NCBI GenBank assembly: GCA_016839805.1
Contig: JAEOTO010000048.1
Span: 1-30,225, forward strand
Length of the DNA: 30,225 nucleotides
Origin: Candidatus Hermodarchaeota archaeon
GTDB taxonomy: Archaea; Asgardarchaeota; Hermodarchaeia; Hermodarchaeales; Hermodarchaeaceae
Direction: 5' to 3'
Notes under the pieces: generated by a model
Told to the model about the DNA's origin: nothing
Databases searched by the model: none
Seen by the model: the letters and a program-made list of their open reading frames with translations, nothing else
In this document: positions 1 to 9,400 of the stretch, one piece after another
Layout: every line of letters starts with the position of its first letter
Position numbering within the stretch: position 1 is the stretch's first letter
Translations under genes and position numbers: made by a program

Positions 1-12
1 ATTACCACTGCG

Positions 13-2301
13 ATGAATGCAGCTGTTGAACTTCGAGACGCATATTTAGTCGCTAACTTAGCTTCACGTGCTAGTAAAATATGGTTTGAACTTGCTCAGG
101 GAAAACCTGGAAAGGATTTTGCTGATGACTTATTACGCAGTTTACGTTTTGCCCGTACTGCAATCTTCCATTACCGCACTCTTGATGATCTGAGTAGAGC
201 AGTGAAGCAATTAGAACACTTAATTCATCTAATTAGTGAGATTCCTTTCAAACCACCGGAAATTTTTGAAGAAGCTGTTATTGGTGTGTTAAAGACCTTT
301 GTAAGCACAGTTCCGATACTGGATCGCCCTGCCGATCAAAAATTTATTCTGCAAGCCTCCACTCGCTTAGACAGGATTATTTCTCGATTAAACCAACAAC
401 TCACCAGTCAAGAAGCCCAATATAATCTAGCCAAGTTACAAATAGAATTTCAAGAAGCTGCCATAACACAATTACAACAGCTTGGCACTGAACCAAAAAA
501 ATTCAGGGGACTTGATCGCGAACTCATTCAAGCGTTAGTTCAGCTAGCTGAGACTGCACCTGATGAAGAAAGTGATGAACTTCTGAATAGTGCAGCTGTA
601 CATGCCAGTCAAATCCTGACAGACATCAAACCGATTTCAAAGATTAGTGAGCAGGATTTAGAAATCATATCAGTCGTAACTTCACAATTAGCTAAACGTC
701 CACCCGATACACTGAATAAAGCAGCAACCCAGCTTATGACGCAAAGTCATCAACTCAATGAACAACTTTATTTCCAAACAAAAGACCCACAAGTACGGGC
801 AAAACTAGCCCTCCACCTCCTTCTTTCTAGGTTAGCTCCAGATTCTTCTGGAAAATTACCTTTGGACCTATCGTTAAAAGAACTCGATAAACTTGAAGAA
901 TACGCCTCAACTGCCCTTTTAACCCATGTTAAAGAAAAACAACCTATTCCGGTGTTAAAAGCAGGCTCAATCCTCGTTTGGATTATTCTACAAAGGCGTC
1001 ATCATATTCAGATCCGAGAAGAAGTACAGAAGCTAAAAGAAGCTGCACGAGATTTCACTGAAAAAACTTTCACATTTATGCCCTCTTCAACTGAGTTACC
1101 AAGTAACGGTTTTCCATTTGCCTGGTTGTTATTGCGAAACGTAAACGCATTTGTACATGATGAAGAACCAATTGATGAATCTAAATGGGAAGAACTACTT
1201 ACCCAAAGTGAACAGCTTGCCCAAACATTAGCTAAGGAAGCCAAGGCACGAGATGATGTCAGTAATACAATCCTCGCCTTAAGTGCCGCTGGAACCGCCA
1301 CTGCAAAACTTGCAACCATCACTACATCTAGTGACCAACGAGTAAGCCTTCTGCGAAGAGCCACAACACAAATCCAAAAAGCGTTGCAAGCTGCAACCTC
1401 ACGAGGAGCTCCCAAGGATATTGAGGTTGCCTTACTACAATATGACCAACTAATGCAGGCTCGCTTAACCCTAGCACCAACAATTTCTGATCAACGCCCC
1501 ATACTCAATGAATGGAACCAGATCTACAATGAAGCTGTCAAAGCACTCCAATCCGTTGATGAAATAGAAGTTGCCAACCGTTTAGAGGCCTATCGCATTC
1601 TCAACGTGCAAGTGCCCTTAACCTTCACTCTCATAATCACAGGAAAAGAAACACACGATTCAGTCCGACGACAGCTTACGAACCTGCTTCATGAAGTAAG
1701 CCAGATAGGATCTTCCGAACAACGCCAACTTGCCAAACAACTTGAACGCCAATGGGCTTTCCAACTAGGAGAAGACTCACTACTAGCTTCTGGCTATCGA
1801 CTTGAAGATGCTGAAACGACCTTCACCTTAGCCGATGAGCATTTTCGAATTAGCCTTCAGGTTGAGCCCCAGATTACCGTTAATAACCAAACACTACAAA
1901 AAATTCGGAGTTTCCCATATCTACGACCAACATCTCAACCTAATGAATTAGTTTGGTATGAAACAAATCCAATCCTATGTGGCGCCTATGCAGATGACGA
2001 GGTGTTTACGTGGTTAACCCTTCAAGATCCAAGTGAAAATCGCGTTTCTATTGGATTCTGGTTAATTGCCTCCAAGGAAATAATTGCCACATTAACTTTA
2101 CAGATACTGGCGATTGACGGTTTATCACAAAGTCCTAATGGAGTAGAAATCCAATTATCTGGTGCTCAAGTGCAAATACCCCTGCCTCCGACAGTAGCAG
2201 AGCACCGTGACGCGAAGGGTGTTCTCGTTTTCGAACTCTCTTTAACACCTGGATTTCCAAAAATGCTACCGATTCATGTTCAGATTTCAAAGTCGCCTTA
2301 A
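13..2301 (+). CDS. Large hypothetical protein, mostly alpha-helical with a beta-rich C-terminal region; probably 5'-truncated by the window edge
   Basis: 762-aa ORF. The frame is open to base 1 (ATT ACC ACT GCG ATG). L/A/E/Q-rich amphipathic pattern for about 590 aa, then alternating beta-like pattern. No recognisable motif. Confidence 0.75.
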   Translation: MNAAVELRDAYLVANLASRASKIWFELAQGKPGKDFADDLLRSLRFARTAIFHYRTLDDLSRAVKQLEHLIHLISEIPFKPPEIFEEAVIGVLKTFVSTVPILDRPADQKFILQASTRLDRIISRLNQQLTSQEAQYNLAKLQIEFQEAAITQLQQLGTEPKKFRGLDRELIQALVQLAETAPDEESDELLNSAAVHASQILTDIKPISKISEQDLEIISVVTSQLAKRPPDTLNKAATQLMTQSHQLNEQLYFQTKDPQVRAKLALHLLLSRLAPDSSGKLPLDLSLKELDKLEEYASTALLTHVKEKQPIPVLKAGSILVWIILQRRHHIQIREEVQKLKEAARDFTEKTFTFMPSSTELPSNGFPFAWLLLRNVNAFVHDEEPIDESKWEELLTQSEQLAQTLAKEAKARDDVSNTILALSAAGTATAKLATITTSSDQRVSLLRRATTQIQKALQAATSRGAPKDIEVALLQYDQLMQARLTLAPTISDQRPILNEWNQIYNEAVKALQSVDEIEVANRLEAYRILNVQVPLTFTLIITGKETHDSVRRQLTNLLHEVSQIGSSEQRQLAKQLERQWAFQLGEDSLLASGYRLEDAETTFTLADEHFRISLQVEPQITVNNQTLQKIRSFPYLRPTSQPNELVWYETNPILCGAYADDEVFTWLTLQDPSENRVSIGFWLIASKEIIATLTLQILAIDGLSQSPNGVEIQLSGAQVQIPLPPTVAEHRDAKGVLVFELSLTPGFPKMLPIHVQISKSP

Positions 2302-2921
2302 AACAGTGTTAAAGGTCCCCATAAAATCCAGTAGACAGTTGCTGTGACTACAATCGCGATGAGTATTCCACCTGCTAATTGCTTAATGGAATGCAGGTTT
2401 TGGCGCCATCGCGCCCAGGCCACCACAAAAGCTAGGACCATAATGGGAGTAACAATTATCCCATATACCCAAATTAATCCAGTAATAGGTCCAGCAACAC
2501 CAGCTGTATGGGTGGACACCTTCCACCACAAGCTAACAATGGCAATAGCCGTCGTTACAGCTACATATGCAATCGCAATCACCATCATCGTGTGATTCAT
2601 AAAAAACAAAGCGATAAGAGCCCCAGTAATGTAGACAAGGATTGCAGCGAAATAGAGGAGAGGTCGGTCATGTCGATTTTTTACATCAACCGTCAGCTTT
2701 CCCCGCGCTACTAAGATGGACAAAGGTAGAATGGGTCCAATCACAATGAATACGAGTCCAAGAAGAAAGGACTGCCATGGGATTAGTAAACCTGTTCCAA
2801 TAGGTGAGAAAAAGGAAAATACAATGACGGTACCTAATGCAATTATCGGAGGAGATAAGATAGCGGAAAGAATTCGTGCAAGCCGCTGACTAGGCGACGA
2901 ATCACTAGCGTGCATCATCAA
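2298..2921 (-). CDS. PAP2-superfamily-like integral membrane protein (possible phosphatase)
   Basis: About 6 hydrophobic segments. KVSTH resembles motif C2 and ARWRQNLHSIKQ resembles C3 (SRxxxxxHxxxQ/D). DRP is a weak C1-like motif. Confidence 0.65.
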   Translation of the reverse strand: MMMHASDSSPSQRLARILSAILSPPIIALGTVIVFSFFSPIGTGLLIPWQSFLLGLVFIVIGPILPLSILVARGKLTVDVKNRHDRPLLYFAAILVYITGALIALFFMNHTMMVIAIAYVAVTTAIAIVSLWWKVSTHTAGVAGPITGLIWVYGIIVTPIMVLAFVVAWARWRQNLHSIKQLAGGILIAIVVTATVYWILWGPLTLF

Positions 2922-2980
2922 GTGCGCTCCAAATTAGGTTTCATGTGGAACCCATGTATCCGAAGAAAAGCCTTCTGTCT

Positions 2981-4747
2981 CTATTGAATATTAAGTTGTT
3001 TGAGCTTTGCTTCCGAGGGATACCCTTTGCTACTCCAACCACGAAGTCGATAATATTCGGGGAGCATCTTTTCAAGATGGACAATGCGATTTCTTGATCC
3101 ACCCTCTGGTAGTGGTGTTGAGAAGCGGGGCGGAAGGCAATCATCCTTAGCTGAAAACCCTTCTCTGAGATTGAAAAGACGTTCCAAGTTCCAGATCCTT
3201 TCGCCAATCTGGAGAAGTTCTTTTCCGTTCACTGAGAGATTGGTAGCTGCTGTGACTAAATCTGCATAATCCTGAACACTAAATGCAAAGGTCGTAAAGC
3301 GACAAAGTATCATTGAATCCATTGCAGCAGAAAGATTCTGAAAGAGGTTGACAAGCCCTGCTTTGCCCTCGATTCGATCTCGATCAACCAGGACCGGCGA
3401 ACCAAGTATTTCGGGACCAATCATATATCCACGGAGATGACAACCGCCCCTGTTGGAAGTTGCAGATGCAAGGGCATGTCCTTGTACTCCTCGGGGGTCG
3501 TAAGCAGGGAGCTCTAATCCTTTTACTTGCATTGCTAACTCTGGGGCATTATACTGGGTTGCTAAAGTTTTTGATCCTTCACCCAGCTCCGCTCCTAACC
3601 CTTTAGCTAGGGCAATCTCATCTATGAGTTTGATTAGTCCTTCAGTATCACCGAATGATAACTGGGCATCTAAGTTACCTTTCTGGACTAACTCCATTGC
3701 ACAGCCTATTGTACTCCCTAAAGAGATTGTATCTAGCCCTAACTCATTACAACGATTATTTGCAGCAGCTATCCATTCTAAGTCATTGACTCCACATTGA
3801 GGTCCCAAAGCCCAGATGGTTTCGTATTCAGGACCACCTCCTTCTTCACCATAAGCACGGGTAATCCGACCACAACCAATGGGACACCCAAAACAATGAT
3901 ACTTTTTCACAAAGATTCTTTCTAAGAGTTTCTCACCTGATACGCCCTCAGCATCATTGAAAGTTCCCTCTTGGAAATTATGGGTTGGCAGAAGTCCGTA
4001 CTCATTAATGAGGTTCACCAGAACAGCTGTTCCATAGACAGGTAATGATTTATTGGTAATTGAATCCTTTTTCAATAAACGTCGAACACGACTAACCACT
4101 TGGTCTAATTGCTTCTCATCACTAACGGTTACCTTTTTCGTACCCTGAATAACCACCGCTTTCAGGTTCTTTGCACCCATTACCGCTCCCACACCCCCAC
4201 GTCCTGCGGCACGATGTTTGTCACTCATGATTGAAGCCAATTTAACCTGATTCTCACCAGCGGGACCAATACATGCCACCTGGGCTTTACTATCTGTCTC
4301 ATCAAGGAGATGGTCTGTTGTGTTGCTTACCTCCTTACCCCAAACAGGCTCGGCAGATCGAAACTCAATTTCATTGTCATTAATCCAAAGGTATACTGGA
4401 GATGTGGCACGTCCTTCAATAACCACGGCAGTAAAACCTGCTCGACGAAGCTGCGGACCAAAATATCCTCCACAATTCGAATCAAATATCGTCCCCGTTA
4501 ATGGCGACTTGGTAACTACCGCAAACCGACCAGCAGTAGGTACTGAAGTTGCTGTCAAAGGGCCCACTGCAAAGATCAATAAATTATCTGGTGAGAGGGG
4601 ATCAATTTCTGGGTTGACTCTATCATAAAGTAATTTCACACCGAGTCCGCGACCACCAAGAAACTTTGCATAGTTATCAGCAAGAAATGGAACTTCCTTC
4701 GCAGATTGTTTGCTTAGAGAAACCCAAAGTATTTGAGCGTCTTTCAT
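2981..4747 (-). CDS. aor: Tungsten-dependent aldehyde:ferredoxin oxidoreductase family protein
   Basis: LGGRGLG, KSPLTG, CIGPAGEN, AGRGGVGAVMGAKNLKA, 4Fe-4S motif CFGCPIGC, GPEYET, GLDTIS, YDPRG, NRGGCH, ERLFNLREG and YYRLRGW. GGAGG precedes the ATG. Confidence 0.95.
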   Translation of the reverse strand: MKDAQILWVSLSKQSAKEVPFLADNYAKFLGGRGLGVKLLYDRVNPEIDPLSPDNLLIFAVGPLTATSVPTAGRFAVVTKSPLTGTIFDSNCGGYFGPQLRRAGFTAVVIEGRATSPVYLWINDNEIEFRSAEPVWGKEVSNTTDHLLDETDSKAQVACIGPAGENQVKLASIMSDKHRAAGRGGVGAVMGAKNLKAVVIQGTKKVTVSDEKQLDQVVSRVRRLLKKDSITNKSLPVYGTAVLVNLINEYGLLPTHNFQEGTFNDAEGVSGEKLLERIFVKKYHCFGCPIGCGRITRAYGEEGGGPEYETIWALGPQCGVNDLEWIAAANNRCNELGLDTISLGSTIGCAMELVQKGNLDAQLSFGDTEGLIKLIDEIALAKGLGAELGEGSKTLATQYNAPELAMQVKGLELPAYDPRGVQGHALASATSNRGGCHLRGYMIGPEILGSPVLVDRDRIEGKAGLVNLFQNLSAAMDSMILCRFTTFAFSVQDYADLVTAATNLSVNGKELLQIGERIWNLERLFNLREGFSAKDDCLPPRFSTPLPEGGSRNRIVHLEKMLPEYYRLRGWSSKGYPSEAKLKQLNIQ

Positions 4748-4758
4748 TGGTAACCCTC

Positions 4759-5580
4759 CTAATCATTGAAAATATTTTCATCACGATGTGGGCAGGTTAC
4801 ACATCGTTCCTTATACCAAAGATACACATCCTTAGGCTGTTTTGCTAGACTCGCTTGACGGCTGGGACACGTCCAACATGGCTTATCGGGTTCCAGCCAT
4901 GCGTCGCTATACCCTGCCCACCGATACCCTTCAACAATTGAAACACCTGAACTTGTGCCTAACCGAGTTGCCCCAGCGTTAACCATTCGAATCGCATCTT
5001 TGAAAGTACGGATCCCCCCAGCAGCTTTGACACCTAACTTGTTTCCCACTGTCTCTCGCATTAGTTGAACATCATAGGGAGTAGCGCCCATGGGTCCAAA
5101 TCCCGTAGATGTTTTTACAAAATGGGCACCAGCTTCTTTACTTATGATACAACCTTGTCGTTTCTCCTCATCAATTAACAAACCGGTTTCTAAGATTACC
5201 TTTACAATCGCACCCTCCGCAGCATTCACTACTTCCCGAATATCGGAGCGAACAAAATCATAGTTTTTATCCCGTAAGGCTCCTACATTGATAACCATAT
5301 CAACTTCTGTCGCACCCTTCCTTACAACCTCCTGGGCTTCGAATGCCTTAACTTCCGTCAGAGTGGCACCTAATGGGAACCCAATGACAACACAAACATC
5401 CACCGAAGAACCACTTAATAGCTCTGCAGCAAACTCCACATGAACTGGATTAATACAAACAGAGGCAAATTCGTAGGTGAGCGCTTCCTCACACAGTTCC
5501 TGGATTTTCGTACGTTTTGTTTCAGGTTTAAGGCGAGTATGATCAATCAACTTCGCCAGCTCATCAACCGTAATAGGCAT
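4759..5580 (-). CDS. deoC: Deoxyribose-phosphate aldolase with a C-terminal 2xCxxC extension
   Basis: [30 protein letters not shown], Schiff-base [16 protein letters not shown] and RLGTSSG. An extra ~55-aa tail contains CWTC and CVTC. Confidence 0.95.
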   Translation of the reverse strand: MPITVDELAKLIDHTRLKPETKRTKIQELCEEALTYEFASVCINPVHVEFAAELLSGSSVDVCVVIGFPLGATLTEVKAFEAQEVVRKGATEVDMVINVGALRDKNYDFVRSDIREVVNAAEGAIVKVILETGLLIDEEKRQGCIISKEAGAHFVKTSTGFGPMGATPYDVQLMRETVGNKLGVKAAGGIRTFKDAIRMVNAGATRLGTSSGVSIVEGYRWAGYSDAWLEPDKPCWTCPSRQASLAKQPKDVYLWYKERCVTCPHRDENIFND

Positions 5581-5714
5581 TGCTGAAAAACACTCCTTTA
5601 CACTGCAATGGTTTTCCTTATTGATAAAATCTATTCCTCAAGAACATATGGAAAACCAAGGAGTTCTATAATCTGAATAAAGCTTATCTAGCTCATAATG
5701 AGATTGCGTGTTAG

Positions 5715-6812
5715 GTGCCAACAATGAATAAAAAACAAATAAAATTGTTACAGACCCTAGTCGATTCCTTTGGACCAAGTGGTTTCGAACGGGAAACCTC
5801 AGCCATCGTTGCGGAAACAATGCGCCCACTGGCTGACGAAATAACTGTTGACAAATTAGGTAGTGTACAATTCATCAAAAAAGGAGCCGCTGATAAACCC
5901 AAAATTCTCTTCGCTGGCCATGTCGATGAAGTCGGTTTTATCGTCTCGGGAATTACCAAAGATGGATTCCTCAAAGTGAATCCGCTTGGAGGTTGGTGGA
6001 GCCAAGTTATTTTAGGACAAAGGGTAATTATTCGCAACCGAAAAGATGAACGCTATTTTGGTGTTTTTGGAGCAAAACCCCCTCACCTTCTTCACCCTGA
6101 TGAACGAAAAAAGCTAGTAGAATTAAAAGATATGTTTATTGACGTAGGCGCCTCCTCTGAAGACGATATCAAAGAGATGGGTATCCAAATAGGCGACCCC
6201 ATTGTGCCAGATACTTCTTTCCAACTTATTCGCAACGGCAAACTTGCTGCAGCAAAGGCCTTTGATGACAGACTTGGTGCATTCATTGCAATGGAAATTG
6301 TACGAATCTTAAAGGAAGAGAAAATCAACCACCCCAATACAGTAATTGGGGCTGCAACAGTCCAAGAAGAAGTGGGCCTCCGGGGTGCACGGACAACCGC
6401 TCATTTGATTGAACCTGATGTCGGTTTTGCCCTCGAAGTTGATATTGCTGGCGATATGCCCGGAATCAAACCCGAAGAAGCTGCAGCTAGACTTGGAAAA
6501 GGTCCCACAATCTGCACCATGGATCGCTCAATGATTCCCAACCAACCCTTGTTGGAATTTGTCATGAAAACAGCTAGGAAAGAGAAAATTCCGTATCAAC
6601 TGACCCAAATGTATGGTGGCGGAACTGATGCAGGTGTGATTCATCTAAATCGAACAGGTGTACCCAGCCTCGTTATTGGTGTAACAACTCGGCACATACA
6701 CAGCCACGTTGGAATACTCAATTTAGATGACATAGAGAAAGCAATAGATCTTCTTATCGCTGTAGTTAAAGGGTTAGATAGCAAAATGGTCAAGAGCTTC
6801 ACGTCCATTTGA
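5715..6812 (+). CDS. M42 family metallo-aminopeptidase (TET-like)
   Basis: GPSGFE, AGHVDEVG, KAFDDRLG, VQEEVGLRGA, GGTDAG and RHIHSH metal-binding/catalytic motifs. Confidence 0.93.
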   Translation: MPTMNKKQIKLLQTLVDSFGPSGFERETSAIVAETMRPLADEITVDKLGSVQFIKKGAADKPKILFAGHVDEVGFIVSGITKDGFLKVNPLGGWWSQVILGQRVIIRNRKDERYFGVFGAKPPHLLHPDERKKLVELKDMFIDVGASSEDDIKEMGIQIGDPIVPDTSFQLIRNGKLAAAKAFDDRLGAFIAMEIVRILKEEKINHPNTVIGAATVQEEVGLRGARTTAHLIEPDVGFALEVDIAGDMPGIKPEEAAARLGKGPTICTMDRSMIPNQPLLEFVMKTARKEKIPYQLTQMYGGGTDAGVIHLNRTGVPSLVIGVTTRHIHSHVGILNLDDIEKAIDLLIAVVKGLDSKMVKSFTSI

Positions 6813-6861
6813 TGATTTGATTACCCTTGCAAAAGCGCTGAATCAATGGAGCCAGAATATC

Positions 6862-7551
6862 ATGGTACTTCGCCTTGTTGTATTCGATTTGGATGGAACA
6901 CTAGTTACAGCCGAGATTGATTTTCGTGCAATGCGACGTGCGATTAGAGATCTCCTCCTTGAATCTGGATTTCCATCAAAAGTTCTCCCGATGCACAGTA
7001 CTCAAGATTTACTACGAAGCGCTTTTGCATATGCTGGAAAGGAAGGCAAATCGGCAGTTGAAATTAGTGAATTACGTGACAAAGTCTATGCGGTAGCCAT
7101 GAAAATAGAATGGAAAGGGGCCAAAAAGGCTCAATTGGTGAGCGGCGCCGAAGAAACGCTTCAAGAACTTCATACCCGAAATGTCAAAATTGCAGTGCTT
7201 ACAAATGATAACCGAGCAGTGGCAGACTATTTATTAAACAAATACGAGCTAACACCTTATGTTGACCTCCTCATTAGTCGAGATGATGCCCCACATATGA
7301 AACCCTCAACTGAAGGGTTAGAATTAATCCTCGACCACTTCAAGGTCTCACCCGATGAAACTATGTTCATTGGAGATTCAACGATTGATATTATGACAGC
7401 AACCAAACTGGGAATACGCTCTATCGCCCGGCAATCTAAAGTTCGAACAGAAAAAGAACTTCTGTCAGAGGGAGCAATTGTGGTATTTCCTACGTTAACA
7501 TCGATTATCCCCTATCTTGAAAAAAAGGCAATGTTACCTATACCCTCCTAG
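6862..7551 (+). CDS. HAD-superfamily hydrolase (phosphoglycolate phosphatase-like)
   Basis: Motif I FDLDGTL, motif II LTN, motif III KP, motif IV IGDSTID. ATG at 6862 with GGAG upstream is preferred over the TTG at 6817. Confidence 0.9.
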   Translation: MVLRLVVFDLDGTLVTAEIDFRAMRRAIRDLLLESGFPSKVLPMHSTQDLLRSAFAYAGKEGKSAVEISELRDKVYAVAMKIEWKGAKKAQLVSGAEETLQELHTRNVKIAVLTNDNRAVADYLLNKYELTPYVDLLISRDDAPHMKPSTEGLELILDHFKVSPDETMFIGDSTIDIMTATKLGIRSIARQSKVRTEKELLSEGAIVVFPTLTSIIPYLEKKAMLPIPS

Positions 7552-7629
7552 GTGAGGAAACAAAAGGCTGATATTTGGACATGTTCGTTATCATGTTAAA
7601 TATGACCAAAAAATGTGTGTTGAATGTGA

Positions 7630-9288
7630 GTGCCTACCAATGATAGCCTTGAACGGCTTTTAGTCAACGGAGAAAACCGGAACACTGAGTTTAAACGAAT
7701 TCTAACTGACCGTGATGCTCTCGGCGACCGAAAGGCGAAACTTATCGCTCAGCTGAAATTAATTACAAGTGAGGGCGAAGGTCAATATGTTATAGGAATT
7801 GAAGATCTACATGGAAAAAACTGGGAAATTTTTGGTCTTACCCCAGAAGAAGTTCAATCAAGTAAAGACGTTCTACAATTACTTTGCGAAGAAGCGGGAA
7901 TCCAAATTCTCGAACAAACTCATTACACCACGGATAAGGGTATCGTAGTTGGTTTCAAAGTCGCTCGTATCATTTCACCAATGGTCCCTGAAACTCTGGG
8001 AGTGAATCTTGTTGGTCGCGTTAACAGTGGCAAAACCACACTAGCAGGAGTCCTCATCCAAGGACAGTTAGATAATGGTAGTGGTCAAGCCCGAGCAGTG
8101 CTACTAACCTATCCTCAAGAACTGAAACGCGGTCAAACAGCGGATCTCCATGTTACATTTGCTGCAATCGATAAAAGTGGGAAATTTATCACAATGAAAG
8201 CCCCCTTGGACAAGGCAAAACGGGCACAAATTTTGGATCGGTCTCACCGAATCATAACGATCTTTGATGCACCTGGACATCGAGAGTACGCTAAAACGAT
8301 GATTCGAAGTGTTCTCGGAGCGTCTGCGCAATATAGCCTGGTACTCATCCCATGTCTTGATGAGTACAAGTTGGTTACTGCCGAAGAACAACGCAGTGGC
8401 ATAACAAGACTGGATGATATTACTCGTGAACACCTGCTTTTAGTATCGAATCAACAGCTTCCTTTCCTTGTTGTGATAAACAAAGTTGATAATTGTAACG
8501 AAGCAATCCGTGATCGAATACAGAATCTTGTTTTTGAAACCATTAAGGAAATTGGACACGTTCCCCTTCGTATTACAGCAGAAGATGACGTGGGGATTAT
8601 TTGTCGTGAAATTGGACACCGTGTTGTGGTCCCTGTCTTTGAGGTTAGTTGTGTTTCAGGGCTAGGACTTGATCGGCTTCGTAATACTTTAGCGAGCCTT
8701 CCCTCACGAATTCCAAATGAGCGGGTTGAAAAACCAGCTCTAGCCTCAATTGATAAAGTGTATCGAGGAATTCGGGGAACGAATGTCGTCATTACAGGAA
8801 CAGTTCAAGAGGGCATCTTCAAACCTGGTCAAAATATCCTATGTGGTCCCGATAAAGATGGCCGATTTATGCGCGGAAAAATTGGGTCCATTGAAGTGTT
8901 CAAGAAACAAGTTGAACGTGTAAAAGCAGGCGATGTTTTCGGATTTGACCTCAAACGCCTTTCGCCAGAGAAAATCCGTAGAGGTCAAATTATCTGTGAT
9001 GAAGATGCAGATGTCAAGGCAGTAAGAGCCTTTGATACAACAATCATTGTTACAAGACACCCAACTAGAATTCGTCCTGGATATGAACCAGTTTTTCATA
9101 GTTCGACAATCCAACAACCAGTAATATTTGAAAAAATTTTTGATAAAGAATATCTTGTTGTTGGTGACGTGGCACGTGTTCGAATGATGTTCAAAAAAGG
9201 ACCTGAAATGCTCCGCGTCGGTGATCGCGTGGTCACCAGAGAAGCAAACACCCGATGCATTGGAACGGTAGTAGCACTTGTACGGTGA
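7630..9288 (+). CDS. GTPBP1/GTPBP2-like translational GTPase (EF-1alpha superfamily, archaeal GPBP)
   Basis: N-terminal GENRNTEFK and GEGQYVIGIED block typical of GTPBP1. G1 GRVNSGKTT, G3 DAPGH, G4 NKVD, G5 SCVSG, followed by EF-Tu-like domains II/III. The stop codon is supplied by the IS right end. Confidence 0.9.
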   Translation: MPTNDSLERLLVNGENRNTEFKRILTDRDALGDRKAKLIAQLKLITSEGEGQYVIGIEDLHGKNWEIFGLTPEEVQSSKDVLQLLCEEAGIQILEQTHYTTDKGIVVGFKVARIISPMVPETLGVNLVGRVNSGKTTLAGVLIQGQLDNGSGQARAVLLTYPQELKRGQTADLHVTFAAIDKSGKFITMKAPLDKAKRAQILDRSHRIITIFDAPGHREYAKTMIRSVLGASAQYSLVLIPCLDEYKLVTAEEQRSGITRLDDITREHLLLVSNQQLPFLVVINKVDNCNEAIRDRIQNLVFETIKEIGHVPLRITAEDDVGIICREIGHRVVVPVFEVSCVSGLGLDRLRNTLASLPSRIPNERVEKPALASIDKVYRGIRGTNVVITGTVQEGIFKPGQNILCGPDKDGRFMRGKIGSIEVFKKQVERVKAGDVFGFDLKRLSPEKIRRGQIICDEDADVKAVRAFDTTIIVTRHPTRIRPGYEPVFHSSTIQQPVIFEKIFDKEYLVVGDVARVRMMFKKGPEMLRVGDRVVTREANTRCIGTVVALVR

Positions 9289-9400
9289 ACTACCCCGCCC
9301 TAAAGGACGGAGCTTCCTGCTTCGACGCTTCAGCCAGCGCTGACAGCTCCACAGGCCCAACCCGAGGTTCCCTCGGTGACATGATGGACAACAGTCCCAT
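9265..9400 (-). ncRNA. Predicted omegaRNA/reRNA (scaffold overlapping the tnpB 3' end, plus flank-derived guide CGUACAAGUGCUACUACCGU)
   Basis: Established TnpB architecture. Scaffold blocks (+ strand GCTTCCTGCTTC, CCACAGGC and a hairpin around GTTCC) are conserved with the element at 21397. The 5' end is approximate. Confidence 0.65.
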
